Assembly: GCA_963705255.1 (NCBI GenBank)
Contig: OY970061.1
Location: 2,496,001 to 2,560,000 of the forward strand
DNA: 64,000 nucleotides
Origin: an uncultured Methanoregulaceae archaeon
Lineage (GTDB): Archaea > Halobacteriota > Methanomicrobia > Methanomicrobiales > Methanospirillaceae
Direction of reading: 5' to 3'
Position 1 is the stretch's first letter; each line of letters opens with the position of its first letter. The position numbers and the translations under genes were made by a program. This document shows positions 1 to 10,335 of this stretch, one piece after another. The notes below the pieces were generated by a model. It saw only the letters and a program-made list of their open reading frames with translations. It ran no database searches and had not been told where the DNA came from.

Positions 1-597
1 ATCGAGGCGTTCAGCGGGGGCAAATTTCGGGAGATATCTGTCAACATCCTCCTGCGAGAGCATGTCAACGGGTTCGTACGTGTGGGAGAGGATGAACCCG
101 TCGAAGCAGACAAAGGCCGGCAGGAGAATTGAGGGGTCTTCTGCCACCCGGTACGCGATGTAATGGAGGTCGGTTGCCTCCTGGTTGTCCTCGGCATAGA
201 ACTGAAGCCAGCCCGAATCCCGCAGGGAGATCGAGTCCTGCTGATCGTTCCAGATCGAGAGCGGGGCGCCAAGGGCACGGTTCGCGATGGACATGATAAT
301 GGGAAGGCGCATCCCCGCGGCATTGAAACAGACCTCGAACATGAGGGCAAGGCCCTGTGAGGTCGTTGCCGAATAAGCGCGGGAACCCGCGGCGCTGGCC
401 CCTACGCAGGCCGAAAGAGCGGACAGCTCATTCTCGACCGTGATGTATTCGGCATCCAGCTTGCCGTTTGCGACAAAGTCGGCCAGCGCTTCCACGATAT
501 GGGTCTGGGGGGTGATCGGGTAGGCTGAGATCACCTGCGGGCGACAGAGGCTGACCGCCTCTGCCACTGCATGCGATCCCTCGGTTATCTCCATCAT
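1..597 (-). CDS. porA: Pyruvate:ferredoxin oxidoreductase alpha subunit (3' end outside the window)
   Basis: Manual translation from the ATG at 597 gives [15 protein letters not shown]...[12 protein letters not shown]...[11 protein letters not shown]; follows porD directly. Confidence 0.93.
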   Translation of the reverse strand, partial: MMEITEGSHAVAEAVSLCRPQVISAYPITPQTHIVEALADFVANGKLDAEYITVENELSALSACVGASAAGSRAYSATTSQGLALMFEVCFNAAGMRLPIIMSIANRALGAPLSIWNDQQDSISLRDSGWLQFYAEDNQEATDLHYIAYRVAEDPSILLPAFVCFDGFILSHTYEPVDMLSQEDVDRYLPKFAPAERLD

Positions 598-858
598 CTA
601 CTTCTCCTCCTGTTTCATCTCGATCGCTTCCTTCGGGCACTCTGTGGCGCAGATCCCGCACCCTTTGCAGTACGTATAGTCCGGAATGAAGAACTCATCC
701 TTGTCCTCGCTGATGCAGCCCTCGGGACAGAGGGTCCGGCACATCCCGCATTTCGAGCATTTTTCGTGATCGAAGATCGGTCTGAACACCCGCCACGACC
801 CGGTCTTGTTGTCCCTCGCCTTTCCCGGCCGTGCCCGGCAGCCGACAGCCAGTGCCAT
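598..858 (-). CDS. porD: Pyruvate:ferredoxin oxidoreductase delta subunit (2x[4Fe-4S])
   Basis: KTGSWR motif plus two CxxCxxCxxxCP motifs. Confidence 0.93.
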   Translation of the reverse strand: MALAVGCRARPGKARDNKTGSWRVFRPIFDHEKCSKCGMCRTLCPEGCISEDKDEFFIPDYTYCKGCGICATECPKEAIEMKQEEK

Positions 859-1400
859 TATGGGGCCCCCTTGACGGCGTTGTAAGCCTGCCGTGCCGCC
901 TCGATGTTCTTTACCGCCAGCTCTTTCGGGAACCGGTGGTTGAGCGCATGTTCGAGCGCCGAGAACTGGATCTCGCCCGTCGCTGCCGCAAATGCACCCA
1001 TGAGTGAGGTGTTGGTAATGGGCAGCCCGAGGGCTTTGAGCGCGATGGATGTCGCGTCGATGGTGATCAGTTTCACGCCATCCGGCACCTGGTAGTCCGG
1101 TGTCTTTTCCGTGTTGACGATCACGATGCCGCCGGGTTTCACACCCAAAAAGACGTTCACGTCCTTGATCAGCGTGCTGTCCTGCACGATGATATAATCA
1201 GGTTCGTACACCTGGCTGCGGAGCCGGATTTTTTTGTTGTCAAACCGGACGAATGCCTGGACCGGGGCCCCGCGCCGCTCGACCCCGAACGCCGGGAATG
1301 CCTGGGCATAGACGCCGCCTTCGAACGCGGCGACTGCGATCAGTTCGGCGGCGGTGACAGACCCCTGGCCACCCCTACCATGGATACGTAGTTCTCTCAA
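858..1400 (-). CDS. porC: Pyruvate:ferredoxin oxidoreductase gamma subunit
   Basis: RIHGRGGQG and FGVERRGAPV motifs. Confidence 0.93.
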   Translation of the reverse strand: MRELRIHGRGGQGSVTAAELIAVAAFEGGVYAQAFPAFGVERRGAPVQAFVRFDNKKIRLRSQVYEPDYIIVQDSTLIKDVNVFLGVKPGGIVIVNTEKTPDYQVPDGVKLITIDATSIALKALGLPITNTSLMGAFAAATGEIQFSALEHALNHRFPKELAVKNIEAARQAYNAVKGAP

Positions 1401-1441
1401 GAAAAATCCCTAATAATCTTACATGATAAATCAATATAAAT

Positions 1442-2314
1442 CTAGAGATCCACATCGAGCCCGAGGATCTCCCGCCTGCCGGAAAATACGTCGCGGGCGA
1501 TCTTGGCAAGCCCGCGGGAAGCGCACCATTCATCGTATACTGCGATATTTGAGCCCAGAAGCGATCCGACTTCCGGAGCGACAACCGGTGCAAGACTGCC
1601 GGCAAGCGCAATCCGGGCACCGGGGTTCAGGAGCCTCATGGCAGCACATTCCATGGCGGCGAAGAGGGCTATGGTCCGCAGGCGCTCCTCATCAGGAAGC
1701 GAGAAGTTCACCCCCGCGTGCTGGAATGCCTCATTTGCCGTACATTCCCCTGCATCGATCTTCCGGATCGCATCCACATCAAGAGCGCCATGCAGGGTGC
1801 CCGGCGCGAAGATGCAGGCATCGAATGCCCCGACCAGTCTCCCGCCTGAGACGAGCAGGGTGACTGTGTTCGAGCTGATATCGGAAACGATCACGTCGCT
1901 GCCGAGGTCCCTGCTGACCTCATACGCGATCCCGATCTTCTCCGGGCTTGACTGGTGCGAATAGGCCTTGAACCTCGGGTCGGTGGGGGATCCCCGGTGG
2001 AGGTCTGGGATGGCGATGGCCGGGATCCCGCTAGCGGCCACCTCGTCAAAGACCCGCGTGCCACCCCCGACATGCTTCCCTGCCCCCTCCCGGCTGACGA
2101 GCCCGCGGTCCCGGACCTTCCCGACACGGGTGATCCGGGAGAAGTTGTCGCCCATCGAGTAGCAGACCGCGATCCCCTCGATCTTGTTGAGCGGGCAGAT
2201 GCGGCCGAGATCGGCGATGACAAATTCCTTTGCTGCTTCACGCGAGAGCTTGAACTCACCCGAATCACCAGCGAACCGCATGGCGGTGGTGCCGTGATCG
2301 ATCCCGATGAACAT
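1442..2314 (-). CDS. Methanogenesis marker protein 12 (UPF0285, ASKHA-like)
   Basis: Probable start MFIGIDHGTTAMRF; contains YSMGD and SHQSSPEK. Confidence 0.85.
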   Translation of the reverse strand: MFIGIDHGTTAMRFAGDSGEFKLSREAAKEFVIADLGRICPLNKIEGIAVCYSMGDNFSRITRVGKVRDRGLVSREGAGKHVGGGTRVFDEVAASGIPAIAIPDLHRGSPTDPRFKAYSHQSSPEKIGIAYEVSRDLGSDVIVSDISSNTVTLLVSGGRLVGAFDACIFAPGTLHGALDVDAIRKIDAGECTANEAFQHAGVNFSLPDEERLRTIALFAAMECAAMRLLNPGARIALAGSLAPVVAPEVGSLLGSNIAVYDEWCASRGLAKIARDVFSGRREILGLDVDL

Positions 2315-2353
2315 AACAGTAATCCTATAGCATGGATGACATATTAGGTATTG

Positions 2354-3304
2354 ATGTTTGATGTGGTGACAGGCGGGGCCGGGTTTATCGGCTCGCATCT
2401 GGTTGACACGCTCGTTGCCCAGGGCAACGAAGTCCTCGTGATTGATTCGCTCTGTTCCGGGCGAAGGGAGACGATAGCCCGGCATATCGATTCCTGCAAG
2501 GGAAGGTTTGTGCAGAAAGATCTGCTTGGCGACGGCTGGCAGGATTCAATCAGGAGTGCTGACAGACTTTTTCATCTCGCGGCTGACCCCGATGTGCGCC
2601 AGAGTGCCGTAAACCCGGACCCGACGATGCAGAACAATATCATGGCCACGTACCGGGTCCTTGAAGCCATGCGTCAACACGGGGTTCCCGAACTGGTGTT
2701 CACCTCCACGTCAACGGTATATGGCGATGCCGCGGTAATCCCAACACCAGAAAACTATACCCCGCTCGAACCGATCTCGGTCTATGGCGCGAGCAAGCTC
2801 GCGTGCGAAGCACTGATCTCCGCGTACTGCCACTCGTTCGGGATGAAAGCGTGGACGTTCCGGTTTGCGAATATCATCGGTTCCCGGAGCGGGCACGGCG
2901 TTATTACCGATTTTATCCGGAAACTCGGGGAGGATCCCGCTGAGCTGGAGATCCTCGGCGACGGGAAGCAGACCAAGTCCTATCTTGAGGTGCACGAATG
3001 CGTTGCGGCGATGCTCTTCGCGGTCGGAAAGGCCCGGGGCACCGTCAATACCTTCAATATCGGGTCGGAAGACTGGATCGATGTCAAGAGTATCGCGGAG
3101 ATCGTTGCGGAAGAGATGCACCTGACCGGGACAAGGTTCAGGTTCACCGGAGGCGACCGTGGCTGGGTCGGGGATGTGCCGAAGATGCAGCTCTCCATCG
3201 ACAGACTCAAGGCGCTTCGCTGGAAGCCCCAGACCGGTTCACGGGAAAGCATCCGGATCGCCGTAAGGGACATGCTGGCAGAACAGCAGCACGGCGTATC
3301 ATGA
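2354..3304 (+). CDS. NAD-dependent epimerase/dehydratase (UDP-glucose 4-epimerase family)
   Basis: TGGAGFIGS and YGASK extended-SDR motifs. Confidence 0.9.
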   Translation: MFDVVTGGAGFIGSHLVDTLVAQGNEVLVIDSLCSGRRETIARHIDSCKGRFVQKDLLGDGWQDSIRSADRLFHLAADPDVRQSAVNPDPTMQNNIMATYRVLEAMRQHGVPELVFTSTSTVYGDAAVIPTPENYTPLEPISVYGASKLACEALISAYCHSFGMKAWTFRFANIIGSRSGHGVITDFIRKLGEDPAELEILGDGKQTKSYLEVHECVAAMLFAVGKARGTVNTFNIGSEDWIDVKSIAEIVAEEMHLTGTRFRFTGGDRGWVGDVPKMQLSIDRLKALRWKPQTGSRESIRIAVRDMLAEQQHGVS

Positions 3305-4452
3305 AATATATTGTTGTCTGCGGGGACGGTATGGCTGACGAGCCGATCGCGGAGCTCGGCGGGAAGACGCCACTCGAATATGCGAGGATTCCGAACATGG
3401 ACCGGATGGCAAAGGAAGGCGCCTGCGGGATGCTCAGCACAATCCCCGACAATTTTGAGGCGGGCAGCGATATCGCGAACATGTCAATCCTCGGGTACGC
3501 CCCTGAGAAGTATTACACGGGAAGGGGTCCGCTTGAAGCACTGAACATGGGAGTAGACCTGGCTCCGGGCGATGTTGCCTACCGCTGCAACCTCGTAACG
3601 GTCAATGACGGGATTATGAAGGATTTCTCTGCCGGGCATATTTCCAGCGCTGAGGGGACGGCACTACTGGCTTCCCTCCAGGGAGCGCTCCCCGGCGTTT
3701 TGCTGAAAGCCGGGATCAGCTATCGCAATCTCCTTGTTGTCCGTAACGGCAGGGGGGCAGAGACTGCGCCGGCTCATGATATTGTCGGGGAAAAAATTAC
3801 CGATCACCTGCCTTCCGGAGGTGACGCGGAGATCCTCCTTGGCTCCATGGAGAAAAGCCGCGAGGTATTCCACAATCATCCGGTGAATGCTGCAAGGATG
3901 CATGCAGGAAAAGCCCCGGCCACCCAGGTCTGGCCCTACAGCGGGGGTAAAAAGCCGGCATTCCCCCTGTTTAATGAAAAATATGGTAAAAAGGGAGGAA
4001 TAATATCGGCTGTCGACCTCCTCAATGGGATCGGCCGCTGTGCCGGCATGGAGATCATTACGGTACCGGGAGCGACCGGCTATCTGGATACAGACTACGC
4101 AGCGAAGGGACGGTATGCCCTCGACGCGATCAGGCACCTCGACTTCCTCTACCTCCACATCGAGGCCCCGGATGAGGCGGGGCATCTCGGGAGCATAGAA
4201 GAGAAGGTGAAGGCGATCGAGAATGTTGACGGGGTCGTCGGCATGATCCGGGAACAGTTCGATGGTGTCCTTGCGGTGCTCCCCGATCATCCCACCCCTA
4301 TACGAGTGAAGACCCACACCCGCGACCCGGTGCCGTTTGCGGTTGTCGGGAAAGGGAAAGACGGGACTTCAGAATTTTCGGAAAAATCTGCCCGATCGGG
4401 CGGGCTTGGAACGAAAAAAGCAACCGGTTTCCTTGAGTTCCTGTTCTCATGA
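3301..4452 (+). CDS. apgM: Cofactor-independent phosphoglycerate mutase (archaeal type)
   Basis: Start MKYIVVCGDGMAD; contains GSDIAN, EAPDEAGH and DHPTP. Confidence 0.9.
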   Translation: MKYIVVCGDGMADEPIAELGGKTPLEYARIPNMDRMAKEGACGMLSTIPDNFEAGSDIANMSILGYAPEKYYTGRGPLEALNMGVDLAPGDVAYRCNLVTVNDGIMKDFSAGHISSAEGTALLASLQGALPGVLLKAGISYRNLLVVRNGRGAETAPAHDIVGEKITDHLPSGGDAEILLGSMEKSREVFHNHPVNAARMHAGKAPATQVWPYSGGKKPAFPLFNEKYGKKGGIISAVDLLNGIGRCAGMEIITVPGATGYLDTDYAAKGRYALDAIRHLDFLYLHIEAPDEAGHLGSIEEKVKAIENVDGVVGMIREQFDGVLAVLPDHPTPIRVKTHTRDPVPFAVVGKGKDGTSEFSEKSARSGGLGTKKATGFLEFLFS

Positions 4453-4650
4453 GGAGTGCGGCATCAGTACCCTGCATCATCACAGATCAGTGGGGGTAAC
4501 TTTCATCATCTGCCGCACGCGGCTCGTTTTGTGTTTCATGTCCATGGGGATATAGATTTGGACAGGGAACTTCATCCTTCTGGAACCTTTATCGTATTTA
4601 ACCCGGAATATCCAATGCAGTTATTACCGATCGCGTAGAGGTGTAGTGAG

Positions 4651-5775
4651 ATGAAAAAGAACCTGCTGATGTGGGACGAAACTCTCTTCCGCGACCCTGA
4701 AGTTCTGGAGATCGATTATGTGCCCGATCAGTTCGAGTTCCGGGACGACCAGATGCGAGAGCTGGCATTCCAGATCCGGCCAGGCATGAGAGGCGGCAGG
4801 CCCCTGAACACGGTCTGCAAAGGCCTTCCCGGCACGGGGAAGACCACCAGTATCCGGAAACTCTTTTCCGAGATCGAGGAGACGACCAAGAAACTGGTAC
4901 CGGTCTACATCAACTGCCAGATCGATAACACCAAGTTTGCCATCATCTCCCAGATCTACAAAAAGCTCGTGGGGCACCTCCCCCCCGCAAGCGGCACCTC
5001 GTTCAAACAGGTCTTCGATGCCGTGGCACGACACCTGAAGAAGGAAGAGATTGTCCTCCTGGTGGCGCTGGATGATGCAAACTATCTCCTGTACGAAAAC
5101 GAGATCAACAAGGTGCTCTACACACTGCTTCGCTCGCACGAGACGTACGAAGGTACCCGAATCGGTGTCATCGTGATCATCAGCGACATGGATGTTGACC
5201 TCACCCGTGCTGTTGATGCCCGGGTCGCATCGGTCTTCCGCCCGACCGAGATCTACTTCCCGCCCTATGGGGACAAGGAAGTCCGCGAGATCATGAACGC
5301 CCGGGTGATGCAGGGGCTGTTTTCCGGCGTCCTTTCCGAGGAACTCCTCGACCTTGTTGTGGAACAGACCCTGAAAAGCGGGGACCTCAGGGTAGGTATT
5401 GACCTCCTGAAACGGGCGACCCTGAGTGCAGAGAGGGCCGCACGGCGCACTATCGAGCGTGAGGACATCTGCGGAGCTTACGAGATCTCAAAATATCTGC
5501 ACCTTGCGTATACCGTAAAAACCCTCAAGGACGACGAGCGTCACATCCTCAGATCATTTGCAGAGAGGAGTGCAAAGGCGCATGAGATGAACGCGGGTGA
5601 GGTGTTCAAGGCAATCAAGGAACCGCTTGCCATAGGATATACCCGGTTTTATGAGATTGTGAAGAAGATGGATGCTATGCGCCTGATCAACCTAGAGTAC
5701 CGGGAAGGGAAAGGACGGACGCGGGTCATCACGCTCCGCTATGACCCGGCAAAAGTGATCGAATATCTTTCCTGA
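4651..5775 (+). CDS. cdc6: Orc1/Cdc6 replication initiation protein
   Basis: Walker A GLPGTGKT, Walker B VALDDA, GDLR sensor, C-terminal wHTH with GRTR. Confidence 0.93.
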   Translation: MKKNLLMWDETLFRDPEVLEIDYVPDQFEFRDDQMRELAFQIRPGMRGGRPLNTVCKGLPGTGKTTSIRKLFSEIEETTKKLVPVYINCQIDNTKFAIISQIYKKLVGHLPPASGTSFKQVFDAVARHLKKEEIVLLVALDDANYLLYENEINKVLYTLLRSHETYEGTRIGVIVIISDMDVDLTRAVDARVASVFRPTEIYFPPYGDKEVREIMNARVMQGLFSGVLSEELLDLVVEQTLKSGDLRVGIDLLKRATLSAERAARRTIEREDICGAYEISKYLHLAYTVKTLKDDERHILRSFAERSAKAHEMNAGEVFKAIKEPLAIGYTRFYEIVKKMDAMRLINLEYREGKGRTRVITLRYDPAKVIEYLS

Positions 5776-5843
5776 GACAGGATCATTTTGAAAAATATTA
5801 ATTATCCCAAAGCCCTCTTTTTATGAGACAGGGGTTTTTTATC

Positions 5844-6791
5844 ATGCTGAGTGTTAACGAACTGGCACTGGAAATTTTTGATAACCTCGCCGACCTGGCC
5901 GAGGAATTCAACTGCGCTTATCATGAACTAGACAATGGCGCACGGATCGTAGATTGCGGGGTAAGCGTCCGGGGCGGCTACGCAGCCGGGAGGGCTTTCA
6001 CCGAGATCTGCATGGGCGGTCTCGGCGAAGTGAACTTCCGGATGGGACAGATCAAGGAATTCCCAATGCCCTTCATCGACGTGAACACGGACTTCCCGTC
6101 CATCTCGTGCCTCGGCGCGCAGAAGGCCGGATGGACAGTCAAGGTGGGCAACTACTTTGCCATGGGAAGCGGCCCGGCCCGGGCTCTCTCGCTCAAGCCA
6201 AAACACACCTTCGAGGTCATTGAGTATGAAGATGACTACGATTGCGCCGTGATCTGCCTTGAGAGCGACCACCTCCCGAATGCGGATGTGATGGAGAAAG
6301 TCGCGGAAGAATGTCACATCGATGTGGCGAATGTCTGCGCGGTTGTCGCCCCGACCGCTTCGATCGTGGGTTCCATCCAAGTCTCCGGGCGCTGTGTCGA
6401 GACGGCGATCTACAAGCTCAACGAACTCGGGTTTGATACAAAGAAGGTCGTCGCCGCCATGGGAACAGCTCCCGTCCCGCCGGTCAAGAAAGACGCGACG
6501 AAGGCGATGGGAACCACAAACGACGCGACGATTTACCATGGCCGCATCATGCTCACAATGAAGGCACCCGAGATCAAGGATTATCTCGAGAAGATCCCGA
6601 GCAATAAGTCCAAGGGCTACGGCAAGCCGTTCTACGAGATCTTCAAGGAAGCCAAGTTTGACTTCTATCAGATCGACACTTCGCTCTTCTCTCCGGCAGA
6701 GGTTATCATCAACGAGCTTACTGATGGTGTCGTATATCACGTCGGTGCGGTCAACCCCGAAGTCACACTGAAATCGTTCGGGCTCCAGTAA
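5844..6791 (+). CDS. mch: Methenyltetrahydromethanopterin cyclohydrolase
   Basis: MLSVN start; contains QKAGW, MGSGPARAL and MGTTNDA. Confidence 0.95.
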   Translation: MLSVNELALEIFDNLADLAEEFNCAYHELDNGARIVDCGVSVRGGYAAGRAFTEICMGGLGEVNFRMGQIKEFPMPFIDVNTDFPSISCLGAQKAGWTVKVGNYFAMGSGPARALSLKPKHTFEVIEYEDDYDCAVICLESDHLPNADVMEKVAEECHIDVANVCAVVAPTASIVGSIQVSGRCVETAIYKLNELGFDTKKVVAAMGTAPVPPVKKDATKAMGTTNDATIYHGRIMLTMKAPEIKDYLEKIPSNKSKGYGKPFYEIFKEAKFDFYQIDTSLFSPAEVIINELTDGVVYHVGAVNPEVTLKSFGLQ

Positions 6792-6808
6792 CAATACCCT
6801 ATTTTTTG

Positions 6809-7333
6809 GCTCCGAAGAGATCATAAGAAAATTCTCTTAACACTCTTTGGGGCTTCGGCATGTTGAATCTCGAAGAGATGAGACATGAGAAGAACCTGTA
6901 GGGTTCTTCGAACAAAGGCTCCGCAGTCCAAGATTTTCGAATGAAAATCTTCTCCACAGCCTTCGGCTGTCCCCGCCTCTGCGGCAGCTCGAAAATGTCG
7001 AAACATTTTCTCGAAGCATGCCATACCTTTGGCGATGGCTGCATCCCCTATATTGAGATAGTCCCTCAGAAGGTTAGTTAAAATCCCGCCGAAAATGGGG
7101 TCGAAGATTTACTTTATAAATCTTCTCCTCTTCGAGGTCTGAAAACCTCTCAGAGATTCAAGGGAATGCCCCCCTTGTGTTGCTCTCCCTCTGAGGGAGA
7201 CTGCTGTTCCCGAATGGAAGAGCAGGCTTGAGAAGAATTCGGAGAGTTCTTCGATTTGAGAGAGGGGGGTCACACTCATAATCGTTGAAGAATATAAATG
7301 CATCACATGATAAAATAGAATTTCTGCAGAGCC
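6809..7333. other. Hairpin-dense non-coding element, copy 1 (candidate structured ncRNA or ssDNA element)
   Basis: About 12 consecutive inverted repeats; 7195-7333 (minus strand) is homologous to 44686-44880 (plus strand). Confidence 0.7.
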
Positions 7334-7638
7334 TATTTTTCTGCGTTTTTTCAGCTTCTTGATCAAAAAAGAGAGACTGGCAAGGTTATCCCTTTTGAAG
7401 TGAGGGTATTTCCGGATCGCGTAAGGAGAGATTGCCTTTCCCGTAGCAGATCATTTCAGATCGTATCCGTCTCTCGACTTTACGTGTCCTATTCTGGACT
7501 CGCCATCATTGTATCTCGTATCTGAATTAATTTTATTCATGGAGTATCCCACTAATAATTCTCCAGACCAATGACAGACTCATTTGAGAATCCCAGAAAA
7601 TTGTGGATGATTATCAAATTTTCCAAAAAGTGTCTTCA

Positions 7639-8274
7639 TTAGTTCCCTTTCCTGTTTATCAGGAACGGCAGGAGCATAACGATGGCGATAATCACAAAGA
7701 CCTGCAGGAAAAAATACAGGAGTTCTTCATGACTCTGGTCATAGAACCTGAGGTCAAACGAAAGGATTTTATTCCATTGCACGGTTGTGGAATTATCCGG
7801 GTGCCGGGTGACGTTTGCCCCCGTGCTGATTCCTGCCAGCAGAGGGTTACGGATATCGAATTCCTGAGGTATCGTTACATTCACGTTGTATGGCACTTCA
7901 AAGGAAGCCTGGAGATCATTATTTTGCAGAGGTGCGATGTATGAAACGGTATAATTCCCCTGTTCAAAGGTGATGGATGCGGGACTCCCCCAAGGTCGGT
8001 TCCAAGCGTATGTACAGACTGAACAGTTCTCACCTGACAAATTCACGTTCCCTACATTGACAGGGACATTTTCACCCATGAGCCCAATACTTGCGAACTG
8101 GTAACTGGCGGTATCGTTAATCTCAATCGCCGCCTGGTAAGCGGTACCATTGGGCAAAACCACGTAGTCTGCTGACAACGCCCCTGCTGACGGGATTATA
8201 GCAAGTGCGATTACAACTGCAGTGCAGAGAGCAGCGAAGGTATGTCTGCATCGATCTCTGTCGGAGGCTCGCAT
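7639..8274 (-). CDS. Secreted protein with C-terminal membrane anchor (DUF5803-like); start uncertain, overlaps thrC
   Basis: Signal-like N-terminus, many NxS/T sequons, C-terminal TM helix followed by basic residues. Confidence 0.7.
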   Translation of the reverse strand: MRASDRDRCRHTFAALCTAVVIALAIIPSAGALSADYVVLPNGTAYQAAIEINDTASYQFASIGLMGENVPVNVGNVNLSGENCSVCTYAWNRPWGSPASITFEQGNYTVSYIAPLQNNDLQASFEVPYNVNVTIPQEFDIRNPLLAGISTGANVTRHPDNSTTVQWNKILSFDLRFYDQSHEELLYFFLQVFVIIAIVMLLPFLINRKGN

Positions 8275-9416
8275 TGTTTGATCACCGTTTCAGGATCTTT
8301 CAGGAGATGGCCGGTGACTACGCAGACTATCCGCTCGTCCCGATCAATCATGCCGGATTCAGCCAGTTTCCGTATACCCGCTACGGAGGCGGCAGATGCC
8401 GGTTCGACACCGATGCCCTCCTTGCGTGCAAGGTCCCGCTGCATTCGCAGGATCTCTTCATCGGTTACCGATTCTGCAAGCCCACCGGTATTCCTGATAG
8501 CCGTGAGGGCTTTTTCCGCATTCACCGGTGCTCCGATGCGTATTGCCGTTGCTACGGTCTCAGGATGCGGTTCAGGCACCACTACAGAAAGGTTTTCACG
8601 GATTGCACGGACGATGGGGCTTGAGCCCAGTGCCTGGATGCCGGTCATCATAGGCAACCGGTCAATGAAATCAAGTTCCTTCAGTTCCATCAGTCCCTTA
8701 TAGACTGCCGAGATATTGCCTGCATTCCCCACAGGAAGTACAAACCGGTCCGGCACATCCCCCAGCTGGTCGATGGCCTCGAAACCGATAGTCTTCTGCC
8801 CCTCGAGCCGGTACGGGTTGATGGAGTTCAGCAGGTAGAGGCCGTGTGATAGGCAGAGATCGTGCGCCATCTCGAGAGCACGATCAAAGTTGCCACGGAT
8901 TGAGATGACTTTTGCGCCGTGCATGAGTGCCTGCGCTACCTTACCCACAGCAACTTTCCCTGCAGGTAAAAGGACGACGGCAGGGATGCCGGCTTTTGCC
9001 GCGTATACCGCAAGGCTTGCCGATGTATTTCCGGTACTTGCACATGCGACACTCTTTTTCCCGAGCTGGAGTGCCATTGATACTCCCACCGTCATGCCCC
9101 TGTCCTTGAATGAACCGGACGGGTTCATCCCCTCATGTTTCGCGTACAAATGGGGAATTTCCATCTCCCTCCCAAGTCTTTCGAGATGGTAGAGTGGAGT
9201 GCCCCCCTCGTGCAGCGTAACCGGATTTATACGAACCGGCAGCAGTTCCCGGTATCTCCAGACGGAGAGTGGCCGCTTGTTCCATTCTTTTTTATTAATA
9301 TTGAGTTCATCGATCGGATATTTCACAGCAAGAAGGTGGCCACATTTTTTACAGTTATACAGGATCTCGTCAGCGGGATAGGTTACTCCACAATTGACGC
9401 ATGCGAGATGATACAT
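8211..9416 (-). CDS. thrC: Threonine synthase
   Basis: NPSGSFKDRG PLP lysine, CASTGNTSAS, PVGNAGN. Confidence 0.95.
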   Translation of the reverse strand: MYHLACVNCGVTYPADEILYNCKKCGHLLAVKYPIDELNINKKEWNKRPLSVWRYRELLPVRINPVTLHEGGTPLYHLERLGREMEIPHLYAKHEGMNPSGSFKDRGMTVGVSMALQLGKKSVACASTGNTSASLAVYAAKAGIPAVVLLPAGKVAVGKVAQALMHGAKVISIRGNFDRALEMAHDLCLSHGLYLLNSINPYRLEGQKTIGFEAIDQLGDVPDRFVLPVGNAGNISAVYKGLMELKELDFIDRLPMMTGIQALGSSPIVRAIRENLSVVVPEPHPETVATAIRIGAPVNAEKALTAIRNTGGLAESVTDEEILRMQRDLARKEGIGVEPASAASVAGIRKLAESGMIDRDERIVCVVTGHLLKDPETVIKQCEPPTEIDADIPSLLSALQL

Positions 9417-9519
9417 GCAGTAGTATTGGTCTTTTCATTACATATAGGAATGCAGCTTTCCGGCATGGTGCCAGACTCGTCAGAATTGTTTATTCCTTTA
9501 AACGACTGTATCGGATATT

Positions 9520-10323
9520 CTATATGGACAACCTGCGATAGATCTCATCTTTCCGGTCCTTTTGGGCGGGAAAAGATTGTCTGGCAGTCTCAACAGCAGA
9601 CACGTCAAGATCGCAAAAGAGCAGCTGTTCTGCATCGTTTGCACGGCCGATTATCGTCCCATCCGGGTCTGCAGTCATTGAAGATCCAGAGTATGAATCA
9701 ACCGGTGTTGTGCCGGTTGTATTTATACCAACAACATACATCTGGTTCTCGAGTGCCCGTGCTTTGATGAACAATTCCCAGTGATGAATGCGGTTTTCCG
9801 GCCATGCAGCAGGAACAAGAACCGCATGAACGCCTTTTTTTGCATAGAGTCTGAACAGGTCCGGGAACCGCAGGTCATAACAGATGGCAATCCCAAACGT
9901 GAGTGAGCCCAGCGTGAACATGCCCAACTCGGTACCTGGGGCAAACCTGGTATGTTCATTCCTGTGACTGAACAGGTGCATCTTTGCATATGATGCGATG
10001 ATCCTGCCGTCCCTGTCGATAGCGACTGCAGTATTTTTTGGAAACGGATCATGTTGCTCGCGAAGCGAACCCAGAACGCCGATCTCGTTCTCTTTGGCAT
10101 AATCCCTGAGAGAGGATATAATATTCCCGTTGAGCGCCTCTGAATTTTTATTCGATTCCGGGTCCCAGCCGGTTGCGAACTGTTCAGGAAAACAGATGAG
10201 TGCAGCGCCGGAAACTGAGGCATGCCTGATGAATACTTCAGCTTTTTTTAACGTTTTTTCCGGGTCTTCCCATATGCCCGCGATCTGTGCACTGCATATC
10301 CTGACAACAGGGTCTTTTTCCAT
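9520..10323 (-). CDS. Carbon-nitrogen hydrolase (nitrilase/omega-amidase family)
   Basis: FPE, YAKMHLF and ICYDLRFP give the Glu-Lys-Cys triad. Confidence 0.9.
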   Translation of the reverse strand: MEKDPVVRICSAQIAGIWEDPEKTLKKAEVFIRHASVSGAALICFPEQFATGWDPESNKNSEALNGNIISSLRDYAKENEIGVLGSLREQHDPFPKNTAVAIDRDGRIIASYAKMHLFSHRNEHTRFAPGTELGMFTLGSLTFGIAICYDLRFPDLFRLYAKKGVHAVLVPAAWPENRIHHWELFIKARALENQMYVVGINTTGTTPVDSYSGSSMTADPDGTIIGRANDAEQLLFCDLDVSAVETARQSFPAQKDRKDEIYRRLSI

Positions 10324-10335
10324 AAAGAGGCCTTT

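Noticed and set aside
4453-4650. Replication origin directly upstream of cdc6
   Set aside because: The 200-bp gap shows only promoter-like sequence and no clear repeated ORB boxes.
6809-7333. RNase P RNA or SRP RNA
   Set aside because: I could not find the RNase P GAGGAAAGUCC motif or the SRP helix 8 motif on either strand. A covariance-model search is still needed to be certain.
7109-7366. 85-aa ORF (and the 44409-44951 ORF) as the explanation for the duplicated element
   Set aside because: Differences between the two copies are mostly non-synonymous, the frame is not preserved, and the conservation follows hairpins rather than codons.
7371-7477. Additional structured RNA closed by GAGAGAC/GTCTCTC
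   Set aside because: Only a 7-bp long-range pairing with weak internal stems, and it is not shared with copy 2 of the element; this could be chance.
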